A DNA stretch of 64,000 bases, from assembly GCA_035649175.1 (NCBI GenBank), contig DASRKB010000102.1, forward strand, positions 4,300-68,299, given 5' to 3'. Shown here piece by piece: positions 8,494 through 18,539 of this stretch. Under the pieces are notes generated by a model, which saw only the letters and a program-made list of their open reading frames with translations, was not told the DNA's origin and searched no databases. Each line of letters starts with the position of its first letter. Position 1 is the first letter of the stretch. Origin of the DNA: Burkholderiales bacterium (GTDB lineage Bacteria > Pseudomonadota > Gammaproteobacteria > Burkholderiales > SG8-39). The position numbers and the translations under genes were made by a program.

Positions 8494-9843
8494 TCATATC
8501 TCCCCAGTCACCAGTTTGCGCACCCTTCCCTCGTCCCATTCGCCGGGCACGACCTTGAGCCGCGCGATGCGCTCCTGGGAGAGCACCTCTGCCTCCCGTA
8601 CGCCCTGCACGCCGGACAGCGCTTCACGCAACCCATCGAGATTCACTCCCGATGCGATGGTAAACGTCAGGCTCGACAAGTCGTTGACCGGCGAGCGCAG
8701 CGGTCGCATACCGGTAACCACCAGAAGCCAAAAACCCGATAGTAAGGCACACGCCATGAATACCTGGGCAGTCCCGAGGTGCTTTGCTACCCATCCCCCC
8801 AGCATCCCGCCGATGAACAGGCCGAGGGTCTGTGTGGTGTTGTACACGCCGATCGCCGCGCCCCGCACCTGCGCTGGAGCAAGCCGCGAGACAAGCGAGG
8901 GCAGCAGCGCCTCCAGGATGTTAAAGGCGGCGAAGAATGCCGCCAGCAGAACCGCAAATCCGACAAGGCCGCCCGGCCCGAGCGCGAGCGCGGCTTGCAC
9001 GCAAAGCAGCAGAGCCACCGATCCGAGCATCACCGGCTTGGGACGGTTGCGCCGGTCCGCGTAGAGGATCGGCGGCACCATAAGGGCGAATGAGACGAGC
9101 ACCACCGGCAGGTACAGCATCCAGTGGTCGGCGAGGCCCAGTCCCGCCGCGACAAGCAACGGCGGCACGACCACGAACATCGCCATCTGCACGAGATGCA
9201 GCACGAAGATGCCCAGGTTGAGGCGCGCGAGCTCCGCGTTGAAGAGGATGCTGCCGGCGCCCGCGGCGGGCTCAGGCGGACGCGGCGGCGCGTCGGGCAC
9301 GAGCGCCCTGACCACCGCGATGGCGCCGAGCGAAAGCCCGCCGGTCAGCGCGAACAATCCTCCCATGCCGATCCAGCGATAGAGCGCCGGCGCGGCGACC
9401 AGCGAAAGCGCGAACGTGAGGCCGATCGTGGCACCGATCATCGCCATTACCTTGGTGCGGTGCTGGTCGCGCGTCAGGTCGGCGGCGAGCGCTACCACGA
9501 CCGAGGAGATCGCCCCGGCGCCCTGCAGCGCGCGGCCCGCGATCGCCATCCAGATGTCGCTCGCCACGGCGGCGAGGAAGCTGCCGGCGGCAAAGACCAC
9601 CAGACCGACGTAGATCACGCGCTTGCGCCCCCAGCGGTCGGACGCCGCGCCGAACGGGATCTGCAGGATGGCCTGCGACAAGCCGTAAGCGCCGAGCGCG
9701 ATGCCCACGAGCGTTAGGTCCTCGCCGCCCGCGAGCTGCGGTGCGTGCACGGCGAACACAGGCAGGATGAGAAACAGCCCGAGCATGCGCAGGCCGAAGA
9801 CGCCCGCGAGGCTGATGCCTGCGCGCAGCTCGGTCGGATTCAT
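8494..9843 (-). CDS. MFS transporter with about 70-aa C-terminal soluble extension
   Basis: ORF 8494..9948 trimmed to ATG 9843 ([30 protein letters not shown]). 12 TM-like segments. DRWGRK loop motif. Only 1 nt separates its stop from the ssb start. Confidence 0.85.
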   Translation of the reverse strand: MNPTELRAGISLAGVFGLRMLGLFLILPVFAVHAPQLAGGEDLTLVGIALGAYGLSQAILQIPFGAASDRWGRKRVIYVGLVVFAAGSFLAAVASDIWMAIAGRALQGAGAISSVVVALAADLTRDQHRTKVMAMIGATIGLTFALSLVAAPALYRWIGMGGLFALTGGLSLGAIAVVRALVPDAPPRPPEPAAGAGSILFNAELARLNLGIFVLHLVQMAMFVVVPPLLVAAGLGLADHWMLYLPVVLVSFALMVPPILYADRRNRPKPVMLGSVALLLCVQAALALGPGGLVGFAVLLAAFFAAFNILEALLPSLVSRLAPAQVRGAAIGVYNTTQTLGLFIGGMLGGWVAKHLGTAQVFMACALLSGFWLLVVTGMRPLRSPVNDLSSLTFTIASGVNLDGLREALSGVQGVREAEVLSQERIARLKVVPGEWDEGRVRKLVTGEI

Positions 9844-9914
9844 GGGGCGAGAGAACGTGGAGACGTGATCGCGAAGCGCGCTATAGTAGCAAGTTTGTCT
9901 TCTCGGGTCGGTCG

Positions 9915-12848
9915 ATGGACAGCATCCGCATTCGCGGTGCGCGGACACACAATCTGAAGAACCTGAGCGTTGAGCTCCCGCGCGATCGGCTCGTCGTAAT
10001 CACCGGCCTTTCCGGGTCAGGCAAGAGCTCGCTCGCGTTCGACACGCTCTACGCCGAAGGTCAGCGCCGCTACGTCGAGTCGCTGTCCACGTATGCGCGA
10101 CAGTTCCTCCAGCTCATGGACAAGCCCGAAGTCGACCTGATCGAAGGCCTCTCGCCTGCCATTGCCATCGAGCAGAAGGCCGCGAGCCACAATCCGCGCT
10201 CGACGGTCGGGACGGTGACGGAGATCCACGACTACCTGCGCCTCCTCTATGCGCGCGTCGGGACGCCATACTGTCCCGAGCACAAGCTTGCGCTCGAAGC
10301 GCACACGGTTAGCCAGATGGTCGACCAGGTGAGCGCGCTGCCCGAGGACACGCGGCTTGTGATCCTCGCGCCGATCGTCGCTGCGCGCAGGGGCGAGCAG
10401 GCGGATCTCCTGGAAGAGCTGCGCGCGCAGGGCTTCACGCGGGTTCGCATCGACGGACGCGTTCACGAGCTCGACGCCGCCCCGCGCCTGGCGAAGAACC
10501 TGAAGCACTCCGTGGATGTGGTGATCGACCGCTTGCGCGCCCGAGCCGAGACGCGACAACGCATCGCCGAGTCGCTCGAGACCGCTCTGCGCCACGCCGA
10601 CGGCAAGGCCGTCGTGCTCGAGGCGGACTCGGGGAGGGAGCACCTCTTCTCGGCGAAGTTCTCCTGCCCGGCGTGCGACTATGCCCTCCCCGAGCTCGAG
10701 CCGCGGCTTTTCTCGTTCAACAACCCGATGGGCGCGTGCCCGCGCTGCGACGGCCTGGGGTCGGTCGAGTTCTTCGACCCGAAGCGCATCGTTGCGCACC
10801 CCAACCTGTCCCTGGCCGCCGGCGCCGTCCGGGGCTGGGACCGGCGCAACCAGTTTTACTACGCCATGCTTTGCTCCCTTGCGCGGCACTACGGCTTCGA
10901 CGTCGAGCAGCCGTGGGAGATGCTCGACGATCGCGTCCAGCGCATCGTCCTCGAGGGCTCGGGCAAAGAGAAGGTCGCCTTCCACTACCTCTCCGAGCGC
11001 GGCCGGGCGACGGTGAAGGAACATCCCTTCGAAGGCGTGGTACCCAACCTCGAGCGGCGCTACCGCGAGACGGATTCCCTCGCCGTGCGCGAGGAGCTCG
11101 CCAAGTACATCAACACGCGAGCCTGCCCGGACTGCGGCGGCGCGCGCCTGCGCCGCGAGGCGCGCAACGTCTTCGTCGCGGGTAGAACACTCTTCGAGGT
11201 GTCCGCCTTGCCGCTGCGCACGACCCTGGAATTCTTCGGCGAGCTCAAGCTCGAGGGCGCGAAGGGAGCGGTGGCGGAGCGCATCGTACGGGAGATCGCG
11301 AACCGCTTGCAGTTCCTGGTCGACGTCGGCCTGGAGTACCTCGCGCTCGAGCGCTCCGCGGAATCGCTGTCCGGGGGGGAGTCGCAGCGCATCCGGCTTG
11401 CGAGCCAGATCGGCTCCGGGCTCACCGGCGTCATGTACGTCCTGGACGAGCCTTCCATCGGCCTGCACCCGCGCGACAACGCGCGGCTCATCGACACGCT
11501 GAAACGCCTGCGCGATCTCGGCAACTCGGTGATCGTCGTGGAGCACGACGAGGAGGCGATTCGCGCCGCCGACTACGTGCTCGACATGGGCCCGGGCGCC
11601 GGCGAAGCCGGCGGCCGCATCGTGGCGCAAGGTGCGCCGCAGGACATCGTCGCCAACCCCGCCTCTCTGACCGGCAGATATCTCAGCCGCCAGCTTTCGA
11701 TCGCCGTGCCGGCGCGGCGCGCGCGCGCCAAGGACACGATCGCGCTACGCGGCGCGTGCGGCAACAACCTGAAGAACGTCGATCTCGAGCTGCCGCTTGG
11801 CGTTCTCGTCTGCGTGACCGGGGTCTCGGGCTCCGGCAAGTCCACGCTCGTCAACGACACGCTCTACGCCGCCGCCGCGCGTTATCTTTACGGCGCGGCG
11901 GCAGAGCCGGCGGCGCACGAATCGATTACGGGTCTGGAGCGCATCGACAAGGTGGTGGCGGTCGACCAGAGCCCGATCGGCCGCACGCCTCGCTCCAATC
12001 CGGCGACCTACACGGGCCTCTTCACGCCGATCCGAGAGCTCTTCGCCGGCGTGCCGGAGGCACGCACGCGAGGCTACGACGCAGGGCGCTTCTCCTTCAA
12101 CGTCAAAGGCGGCCGCTGCGAAGCCTGCCAAGGAGACGGCGTGACCAAGGTAGAGATGCATTTCCTTCCGGACATCTATGTTCCCTGCGACGTCTGCCAC
12201 GGCAAGCGCTACAACCGCGAGACGCTGGAGATCCGCTACAAGGGCAGGAACATCCGCGAGGTGCTCGAGATGACCGTGGCAGACGCCGCCGCGTTCTTCT
12301 CGGCCGTTCCGGCGCTCGCGCGCAAGCTGCAGACGCTCATCGACGTCGGGCTGGGGTACGTGCGGCTCGGTCAGCCGGCCACCACGCTCTCCGGGGGGGA
12401 AGCGCAGCGCGTGAAGCTGTCGCTCGAGCTCTCGAAGCGCGACACCGGGCGCACGCTCTACATCCTGGACGAGCCCACGACCGGCCTGCACTTCCACGAC
12501 ATCAAGCTGCTGCTCGAGGTGCTGCATCGGCTGCGCGATGCCGGCAATACCCTCGTGGTGATCGAGCACAACCTGGATGTCCTCAAGACCGCCGACTGGA
12601 TCGTCGACATGGGCCCGGAGGGGGGTGACGGCGGCGGGCGCATCGTCGCGGCCGGCACGCCAGAGCAGGTCGCGCAAGTCCACGAAAGCCATACCGGCCG
12701 GGTCCTGGCCGAGGCCTTGACAAGAACGAACGATCGTTCTATTTTTACGCCCCATGGCACCAGCCACGGCGACCACGCGCAAAGGCGAGCAGACCCGGAC
12801 CGCCATTCTCGACGAGGCCCTGAGGGTCGCAAGCAAGCTCGGCCTTGA
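9915..12848 (+). CDS. uvrA: Excinuclease ABC subunit A
   Basis: 977 aa. [17 protein letters not shown]..., two Walker A boxes ([18 protein letters not shown]), two LSGGE signatures, zinc modules. TATAGT at 9882..9887 lies upstream. Confidence 0.97.
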   Translation: MDSIRIRGARTHNLKNLSVELPRDRLVVITGLSGSGKSSLAFDTLYAEGQRRYVESLSTYARQFLQLMDKPEVDLIEGLSPAIAIEQKAASHNPRSTVGTVTEIHDYLRLLYARVGTPYCPEHKLALEAHTVSQMVDQVSALPEDTRLVILAPIVAARRGEQADLLEELRAQGFTRVRIDGRVHELDAAPRLAKNLKHSVDVVIDRLRARAETRQRIAESLETALRHADGKAVVLEADSGREHLFSAKFSCPACDYALPELEPRLFSFNNPMGACPRCDGLGSVEFFDPKRIVAHPNLSLAAGAVRGWDRRNQFYYAMLCSLARHYGFDVEQPWEMLDDRVQRIVLEGSGKEKVAFHYLSERGRATVKEHPFEGVVPNLERRYRETDSLAVREELAKYINTRACPDCGGARLRREARNVFVAGRTLFEVSALPLRTTLEFFGELKLEGAKGAVAERIVREIANRLQFLVDVGLEYLALERSAESLSGGESQRIRLASQIGSGLTGVMYVLDEPSIGLHPRDNARLIDTLKRLRDLGNSVIVVEHDEEAIRAADYVLDMGPGAGEAGGRIVAQGAPQDIVANPASLTGRYLSRQLSIAVPARRARAKDTIALRGACGNNLKNVDLELPLGVLVCVTGVSGSGKSTLVNDTLYAAAARYLYGAAAEPAAHESITGLERIDKVVAVDQSPIGRTPRSNPATYTGLFTPIRELFAGVPEARTRGYDAGRFSFNVKGGRCEACQGDGVTKVEMHFLPDIYVPCDVCHGKRYNRETLEIRYKGRNIREVLEMTVADAAAFFSAVPALARKLQTLIDVGLGYVRLGQPATTLSGGEAQRVKLSLELSKRDTGRTLYILDEPTTGLHFHDIKLLLEVLHRLRDAGNTLVVIEHNLDVLKTADWIVDMGPEGGDGGGRIVAAGTPEQVAQVHESHTGRVLAEALTRTNDRSIFTPHGTSHGDHAQRRADPDRHSRRGPEGRKQARP
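12717..12745 (+). promoter_or_regulatory. Sigma70-like promoter with embedded 12-bp palindromic operator for the TetR gene
   Basis: TTGACA (12717..12722), 17-nt spacer, TATTTT (12740..12745), then 8 nt to ATG 12754. The spacer holds the perfect palindrome GAACGATCGTTC (12728..12739). All of this lies inside the uvrA 3' coding tail. Confidence 0.5.
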
Positions 12849-13374
12849 AGGGCTGACCATCGGCGGCCTTGCGGACGCGACCGGCATGTCGAAGTCTGGG
12901 CTGTTCGCCCATTTCGGCTCGCGGGAGGACTTGCAACTCGCGGTGCTCGACCACGCCGCGCAGCGCTACGGCGAAACCGTGCTGGTGCCGGCGCTGAAGA
13001 TCGAGCGCGGCCTGCCCCGCCTGCGCGCCATGTTCGAGCACTGGCTGGACTGGACGCTCGCTTCGGGCCTTCCCGGCGGCTGCATCATGATCGCGGCGGC
13101 CGCGGAGTACGACGATCGACCCGGGCCGATCCGCGACGCGGTCATCGCCAACCAGCATCGCGGCAATGCGGTCACGCGCAAGGCCGTGCGTCTCGCCGTG
13201 GAGGAAGGCCACCTGAAGCCCGACACCGACCCGGAGCAGATCAGCTTCGAGCTGCTTGGAATCGTGCTAGCCAGTCACAACCACCGGCGCCTGCTCGGGG
13301 ACAAGGAAGCGCGCAAGCGGGCGCTGACCGCCTTCGACGAGCTGATCGCGCGCCACAGCATTCCCCCGAAGTAA
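12754..13374 (+). CDS. TetR/AcrR family transcriptional regulator
   Basis: 206 aa. N-terminal HTH: [45 protein letters not shown]. Confidence 0.9.
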   Translation: MAPATATTRKGEQTRTAILDEALRVASKLGLEGLTIGGLADATGMSKSGLFAHFGSREDLQLAVLDHAAQRYGETVLVPALKIERGLPRLRAMFEHWLDWTLASGLPGGCIMIAAAAEYDDRPGPIRDAVIANQHRGNAVTRKAVRLAVEEGHLKPDTDPEQISFELLGIVLASHNHRRLLGDKEARKRALTAFDELIARHSIPPK

Positions 13375-13390
13375 ACGCCTGGAGCCCTAC

Positions 13391-14296
13391 ATGCCAAACG
13401 CGCTCTCCTTCCCCAAAATTAGCACGAACGTTCGGTTTGCGGCCTCCGCGCTCCTCGCTCCTGATCTCGCGAGCGCGTGGGCCGAGCGGCTTTTCCTGAC
13501 CCCGCCGCGCCCGGCGGACGCCGCTGCGAGCGCGTTCGATCTGATCGACGCTAGGAATGCGTACTTCGAGCACAAGGGACGCGCGATCGCGACGTGGACC
13601 TGGGGCGCGAAAACTGTCGATGCGCCGGCAGTCTTGCTCGCGCACGGCTGGGGCGGCCACGCCGCGCAAATGCGCGCCTTCGTCTTTCCACTGCTCTGCG
13701 CCGGCTACCGCGTTATCGCATTCGATCAGCCGGCGCATGGAGTCTCGGAAGGGAAGCTCTCGGGATTGCCGGATTTCGCGGAAGTGCTGGCGGAAGTTTC
13801 CGCCAGGGCGGGGCGGATCCATGGCGTCATCGCCCATTCGATGGGCGGCGCCGCCGCCGCGCTCGCCATCGCGCGCGGGCTGCCGGTGCGCCGCGCGGTA
13901 ATCATCGGTACCTCGATGGAAGTCGGCGCCTACGCGCGGCGCTTTGCGCGCTGGCACGGGATGCCCGAGCGCGTGCGCGAGGCGATGCAGGCGGCGATCG
14001 AGGAGCGTTTCGGCGTGCCCTTCTCCCAGCTCGACGTGGCGAAGCTCGCCCCGCGGCTCGCGCCCCCGGCGCTCGTGATCCACGACCGCGAAGACCGCAC
14101 GGTGCCGTGGGCGGAGGCAGCCCGCTTCGCCCGCGCCTGGCCGCACGCGCGCCTGCTCCTAACACGCGGGCTCGGGCACCGGCGCATCCTCGAGGACGGC
14201 GATGTCGCGCACGCGGCCGCGGACTTCATCGCCGGGCGCTCGTCGATCGCCAGCATCGCGGCGCCCGCGCTTCCCGACCCGGCGCCGCTGTACTGA
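13391..14296 (+). CDS. Alpha/beta hydrolase
   Basis: 301 aa. LLAHGWGGH oxyanion region, nucleophile elbow AHSMGG, late HDREDRTVP and GHRRIL. Confidence 0.85.
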   Translation: MPNALSFPKISTNVRFAASALLAPDLASAWAERLFLTPPRPADAAASAFDLIDARNAYFEHKGRAIATWTWGAKTVDAPAVLLAHGWGGHAAQMRAFVFPLLCAGYRVIAFDQPAHGVSEGKLSGLPDFAEVLAEVSARAGRIHGVIAHSMGGAAAALAIARGLPVRRAVIIGTSMEVGAYARRFARWHGMPERVREAMQAAIEERFGVPFSQLDVAKLAPRLAPPALVIHDREDRTVPWAEAARFARAWPHARLLLTRGLGHRRILEDGDVAHAAADFIAGRSSIASIAAPALPDPAPLY

Positions 14297-14784
14297 TGGA
14301 CAGGTCCTTGAGCGTTTCCTGGAGCGACCCGCGCATGCTGTCGGAGGCGGCGCGCGCCATGGCGGGGATCGAGTTTCTCCAGGCGATTCGGGACGGCCGG
14401 CTGCCATCGCCTCCGATCGCTCAACTCCTCGGCATGCGGCTCGCGGAAGTCGAGCGCGGGCATGCGGTCTTCGAGGTCGTCCCGGCCGAGCAGTACTACA
14501 ACCCGATCGGCGTGGTTCACGGCGGCCTCGCGCTTACCCTGCTCGACTCCGCCATGGCGTGCTCGATCCAAACCCATCTACCGGCCGGCACGGGATACAC
14601 GACCCTCGAGGTCAAGGTGAACTTCGTGCGAGCAATCACTTCCACCACGGGCAGGCTCCGCGCGATCGGAAAGATCGTTCACGCGGGCAACCGCGTCGCC
14701 ACCGCAGAGGGGCGCGTGGAAGATGCGGCCGGCAAGCTCTACGCGCACGGCACGACGACCTGCATGGTCTTGAGTGGCGGTTAG
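14296..14784 (+). CDS. PaaI-family (hotdog) thioesterase
   Basis: ORF 13594..14784 trimmed to ATG 14296 (TGATG junction with the hydrolase stop). NPIGVVHGGLALTLLDSAM motif. Confidence 0.85.
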   Translation: MDRSLSVSWSDPRMLSEAARAMAGIEFLQAIRDGRLPSPPIAQLLGMRLAEVERGHAVFEVVPAEQYYNPIGVVHGGLALTLLDSAMACSIQTHLPAGTGYTTLEVKVNFVRAITSTTGRLRAIGKIVHAGNRVATAEGRVEDAAGKLYAHGTTTCMVLSGG

Positions 14785-14868
14785 GGCGAGGATCCCGCGC
14801 TTTGACGCAGCGCGGGAAGCCGGCCAGAGCAGTTTACAGACGCCTGAGGTCGAGGTAACAATGACTCA

Positions 14869-15534
14869 ATGTCTTCAGGCCGGGTCTTCCGCTTCGCGCC
14901 CACACCTGAGCACCCGGTCAAGCATCTCTTCGTCTTCCTGCACGGCTGCGGCGCGACCGCGCAGTCGATGATCCCCATCGCCTTCAAGTTCCAGGCGCGC
15001 TTCCCGAGCGCGGCGCTCGTGGTGCCCAGCGGCTTCAACCCGGAGGCGCGCGGCGGCGCAGCCCAGGACTGGTACCCCACGCGCGGCCTGAACTGCGACA
15101 ACCACCGCGAGCGCGTGGCCGCGGTGTTGCCTGACGTGGAGGACCTGGTGCGCCGCGAGCAGACGAGCCTGCGCGTACCCGCCAACCGCACGGTGCTGAT
15201 CGGCTTCTCACAGGGCGGCACCGTCGCGCTCGAGGCGGTGAAGTCGCCCGGCCTCGCCGGCGCGGTCGTCGCCTTCTCCGCGCGCTATGCGCGGCTGCCG
15301 GGACGCGAAGCCCGCATCCAGTCGCGCATCCACCTGGTCCACGGCGAGTTCGATTCCGTCGTGTCCCGCGTCTACGCCGAGCGTGCAGCGCGTGTTCTTT
15401 CGGGCCTGCATGTGCCGGTCACGCTCGACATCGTCGAGGATCTCGGCCACGCGCTTTCGCACCGCGCAATCAGCTTGGGTTCGCTGCGCCTGCTGCAGGG
15501 AATCTACGAGGGCCGGCGCGCCACGCTGCACTGA
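14869..15534 (+). CDS. Phospholipase/carboxylesterase family alpha/beta hydrolase
   Basis: 221 aa. VFLHGCGA, GFSQGG nucleophile elbow, HGEFDSVV, GHAL. Confidence 0.8.
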   Translation: MSSGRVFRFAPTPEHPVKHLFVFLHGCGATAQSMIPIAFKFQARFPSAALVVPSGFNPEARGGAAQDWYPTRGLNCDNHRERVAAVLPDVEDLVRREQTSLRVPANRTVLIGFSQGGTVALEAVKSPGLAGAVVAFSARYARLPGREARIQSRIHLVHGEFDSVVSRVYAERAARVLSGLHVPVTLDIVEDLGHALSHRAISLGSLRLLQGIYEGRRATLH

Positions 15535-15566
15535 ACCTGAAGCAAGGAAAGCGTGCCCTTGCGGCG

Positions 15567-16547
15567 CTAGTTACCGGCGGCTAGCGCCTTCAGCATCTCC
15601 ATGACCGCCTTGATCTGCACGCCCTCCTGCGTGTGGTAGGCGTCCCCGGTGTAGCCCCACCAGTCCCAGCAGGCGCGCGGGTTGAAGGCGAGCGGGCTCC
15701 AGCTCGCCCGCGCTTGGGGATACAGCACGAGCAGGCGGTTCGTATCGGCCCAACGGTTGTATCCCGCCTCGCGCGCGAAGCGCTCCCCGACCTCGCCCGC
15801 GCTCTGGCGGCAGCCATGGAAAGCGACATGCACGCGGCAACGTTCCTTCTCGCAAGCCCGCGGCACGTACAGGAAACCGCTCTCGCCCATCCTCGCCTCC
15901 GTCCCGTAGGGGCGCTGGTCGAACGCGAGCAGGCGCCCGCCCGGCTTCGCGGCAGGGTCCTTCACAACAGCGCCCAGTACGTGCTTGAGCAGCGCGCCCG
16001 CGGCGTCGTAGTCGCAGTCGTTGAGGTAAGGCTCGCGCGTCGCTGCACACTCTTCGTTGCCCGCCTCCTCCGTCGGCATCGCGTGCCCGGCCGACGTATT
16101 GTCGATGAGCACCGCCTTCACGCGGTAGAGCGCGTAGTACTCGCGCAGCCCCTGCACCACCGCGGCATACACAGTGCGGTCGCGCATGCCGTGGAAGAGC
16201 CACACGCGTGCCGCGGCGAGGTTGCCCGTCGGATCGATGCGCCCCTTGCGCGCCGCCCCGTCGGTCGCTTCCTTCAGCATCCGCGGCGAAGGCAGCGGCG
16301 TCCACGGGCCGGGTTGCATGCAGTTGTAGTAGGCGGCCCAAAGGTTGCCCTGCGCGCAGTAGTAGGGTCCGCCGGCGACGACGCCAACGCCTTTGACGAG
16401 CGAGGAGTGAGCGACGTGCAGCTGCACCGCCATGTACCCGCCCGCCGAGAGCCCGGAGGCCGTCAGTCCCCTAAGATCGGCTTGCAGCGCGGGCAGCGGG
16501 TCCGCGCCAAGGGCGGGGAGACAGACGAAAAGAAGAAGAAACCTCAG
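15567..16547 (-). CDS. PHB-depolymerase-family esterase, type-2 order (lipase box near N-terminus); start codon non-canonical or unresolved
   Basis: The track ORF starts at ATG 16433. The in-frame upstream codons read [39 protein letters not shown], i.e. a signal peptide plus the G-L-S-A-G lipase box. C-terminal HVAFHGCRQS...NPRACWDWWGY is the oxyanion region. CTG 16547..16545 is the only start-like codon there. Confidence 0.7.
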   Translation of the reverse strand: MRFLLLFVCLPALGADPLPALQADLRGLTASGLSAGGYMAVQLHVAHSSLVKGVGVVAGGPYYCAQGNLWAAYYNCMQPGPWTPLPSPRMLKEATDGAARKGRIDPTGNLAAARVWLFHGMRDRTVYAAVVQGLREYYALYRVKAVLIDNTSAGHAMPTEEAGNEECAATREPYLNDCDYDAAGALLKHVLGAVVKDPAAKPGGRLLAFDQRPYGTEARMGESGFLYVPRACEKERCRVHVAFHGCRQSAGEVGERFAREAGYNRWADTNRLLVLYPQARASWSPLAFNPRACWDWWGYTGDAYHTQEGVQIKAVMEMLKALAAGN

Positions 16548-18511
16548 CTCGCGAGTTCCTGAAGATCCCTGAAGAGCTCGAGCGCCTCGGGATTGGCAAG
16601 CGCGTCGGTGTTGGCGATCGGCATGCCGTGCACCGCCGAGCGCACTGCGAGCTCCACCACCTTGCCGTTCTTGGTGCGCGGAATGTCCGGCACCTGCACG
16701 ATCTTCGCCGGCACGTGACGCGGCGAGGCGTGCTCCCGGATCTCGGCGCAGATGCGCTCCTGCAAGGCGTCATCGAGCGCCCGGTCGCCCTTCATCTTGA
16801 CGAAGAGCACCACGCGCGTGTCGGTGGGCTTGTCCGGCGGCCAGAGCTGCCCGATCGCGACTGCCTCCTCGACCTCGTCGATGCGCTCGACCACCCGATA
16901 GATCTCCGCGGTGCCGATGCGCACGCCGCCGGGGTTGAGCGTGGCGTCGGAGCGACCATACACGACCATCGTGCCGCGCTCGGTGAGCTCGCTCCAGTCG
17001 CCATGGCACCAGATGTTCGGGAACTTCTCGAAGTACGCGGCGTGGTAGCGCTCGTCGCCGCGGTCGTTCCAGAAGCCCAGCGGCATGGATGGGAACGGCC
17101 GAGTGCACACCAGCTCACCTTTCTCGCCGATTACCGGCTCGCCGTCCTCGTCGAACACTTCCACCGCCATCCCGAGCGACCGGCACTGCATTTCGCCGCG
17201 GTAGACCGGCAGCACCGCATTGGCGTCGGCGAAGGCCGCCATGATGTCCGTGCCGCCGGAGATCGACGAAAGGCAGACGTCCTTCTTGATCGCGTCATAG
17301 ACGTAGTCGTAGGTCTCGGGGGCGAGCGGCGAGCCCGTCGAGAGCAGCATGCGCATTCCTGGCAGGTCGTAGTGCTCTCGCGGCCGCACGCCGCGCTTGG
17401 CGATCGCGTCCAGGAACTTTGCCGAGGTGCCGAAATGCGTGATGCGCTCGCGCTGCGCGTACTCGAAGAGGATCCGGCCCTCTTTCGCAAAGGGCGAGCC
17501 GTCGTAGAGCATCACGCTCGCCTCGGCCATGAGCGCGCCGAAAAGCAGGTTCCACACCACCCAGTTGGTCGTGCAGTAGTAGAAGAAGCGGTCGCCGGGC
17601 CGGAGGTCGAACTGCAGCTTGTACATCTTGAGGCCCTGCAGCAGCGTGCCGCCGGCGCCGTGCACGATGCACTTGGGCTTGCCGGTGGTTCCGGAAGTGA
17701 ACAGGATGTACGCGGGGTGGTTGAACGGCAGCTGCGCGAACGCGATGTCCGTCGACTGGTAGCGGCGCAGCCACTCGTCCAGGCGAACCGCCTTGGGGAT
17801 GTCGGAGACGTCGAGCTCCGCGTCAAGGTAGGGCACGACCACGACCTTGCGAACGCTGGGCAGACGCTCGACGATCTCGCGCACCCGCTCCAGCGAGTCG
17901 TGATCCTCCCCGTTGTAACGGTAGCCATCGGCGCAAAACAGCACCTTCGGCTCGATCTGGCCGAAGCGATCCACGACGCCCTCGACGCCGAAGTCCGGCG
18001 AGCATGACGACCAGACCATGCCCTGAGAAAGGGCGGCGAGCGCGAACAGGCCCGCCTCGGGAATGTTCGGGATGAAGGCGGCCACGCGATCGCCCGAGCG
18101 CAGCCCAAGCGCAGCAAGCGCCTGTACCGCGCGCGACACGTCGCTCGTCAGGTCGGAGTAGGAGACGCGGCGCTGGAAGCCGCGCTCGTTCCAGAGCACG
18201 AAGGCGTCGCCGCGATCGCCGCGGCGCATCATGTTCTCCGCGATGTTCAGGCGCGCCTCGGGAAACCACTTCGCGCCGGGCATCTTGTCGCCGTCGACGA
18301 GCACCGTGGAGCCCTTGCGAGAGGCGATCACGCCGCAGTGGTCCCAGACGTCGGACCAGAACGCCTCGGGCTCGTCGATCGACCACTGGTAGAACTCGGA
18401 ATAGCTGTTGAGGTCGACGTGCCGCTTTCGCACGACCTGGCGCGCGAATTGCGTCAGCTGCGCCTGCTCGATCGCTTCCTCCGACGGGGACCACAGCGGT
18501 TTCATGGGCAT
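16544..18511 (-). CDS. Acetoacetate--CoA ligase (acetoacetyl-CoA synthetase)
   Basis: 655 aa. [26 protein letters not shown]...[15 protein letters not shown]-terminus typical of acetoacetyl-CoA synthetases. AMP-binding motif [10 protein letters not shown]. Confidence 0.9.
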   Translation of the reverse strand: MPMKPLWSPSEEAIEQAQLTQFARQVVRKRHVDLNSYSEFYQWSIDEPEAFWSDVWDHCGVIASRKGSTVLVDGDKMPGAKWFPEARLNIAENMMRRGDRGDAFVLWNERGFQRRVSYSDLTSDVSRAVQALAALGLRSGDRVAAFIPNIPEAGLFALAALSQGMVWSSCSPDFGVEGVVDRFGQIEPKVLFCADGYRYNGEDHDSLERVREIVERLPSVRKVVVVPYLDAELDVSDIPKAVRLDEWLRRYQSTDIAFAQLPFNHPAYILFTSGTTGKPKCIVHGAGGTLLQGLKMYKLQFDLRPGDRFFYYCTTNWVVWNLLFGALMAEASVMLYDGSPFAKEGRILFEYAQRERITHFGTSAKFLDAIAKRGVRPREHYDLPGMRMLLSTGSPLAPETYDYVYDAIKKDVCLSSISGGTDIMAAFADANAVLPVYRGEMQCRSLGMAVEVFDEDGEPVIGEKGELVCTRPFPSMPLGFWNDRGDERYHAAYFEKFPNIWCHGDWSELTERGTMVVYGRSDATLNPGGVRIGTAEIYRVVERIDEVEEAVAIGQLWPPDKPTDTRVVLFVKMKGDRALDDALQERICAEIREHASPRHVPAKIVQVPDIPRTKNGKVVELAVRSAVHGMPIANTDALANPEALELFRDLQELAS

Positions 18512-18531
18512 TTCGCTAGGATTGGGCGCTG

Positions 18532-18539
18532 ATTATAGT
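18532..18539. promoter_or_regulatory. Overlapping face-to-face -10 elements in a 26-nt divergent intergenic region
   Basis: ATTATAGT reads TATAGT on the + strand (putA side) and TATAAT on the - strand, 20 nt before ATG 18511 of the synthetase gene. Confidence 0.3.

Noticed and set aside
9844-9914. Searched the uvrA / MFS-ssb divergent region for a LexA SOS box (CTGT-N8-ACAG type).
   Set aside because: No such motif is present. Only a 4+4 GCTA..TAGC inverted repeat around TATAGT was found, which is too short to call.
14794-14816. 8-bp stem hairpin (cccgcgct-ttgacgc-agcgcggg) after the PaaI thioesterase gene.
   Set aside because: No T-run follows on either strand, so it cannot be called an intrinsic terminator from sequence alone.
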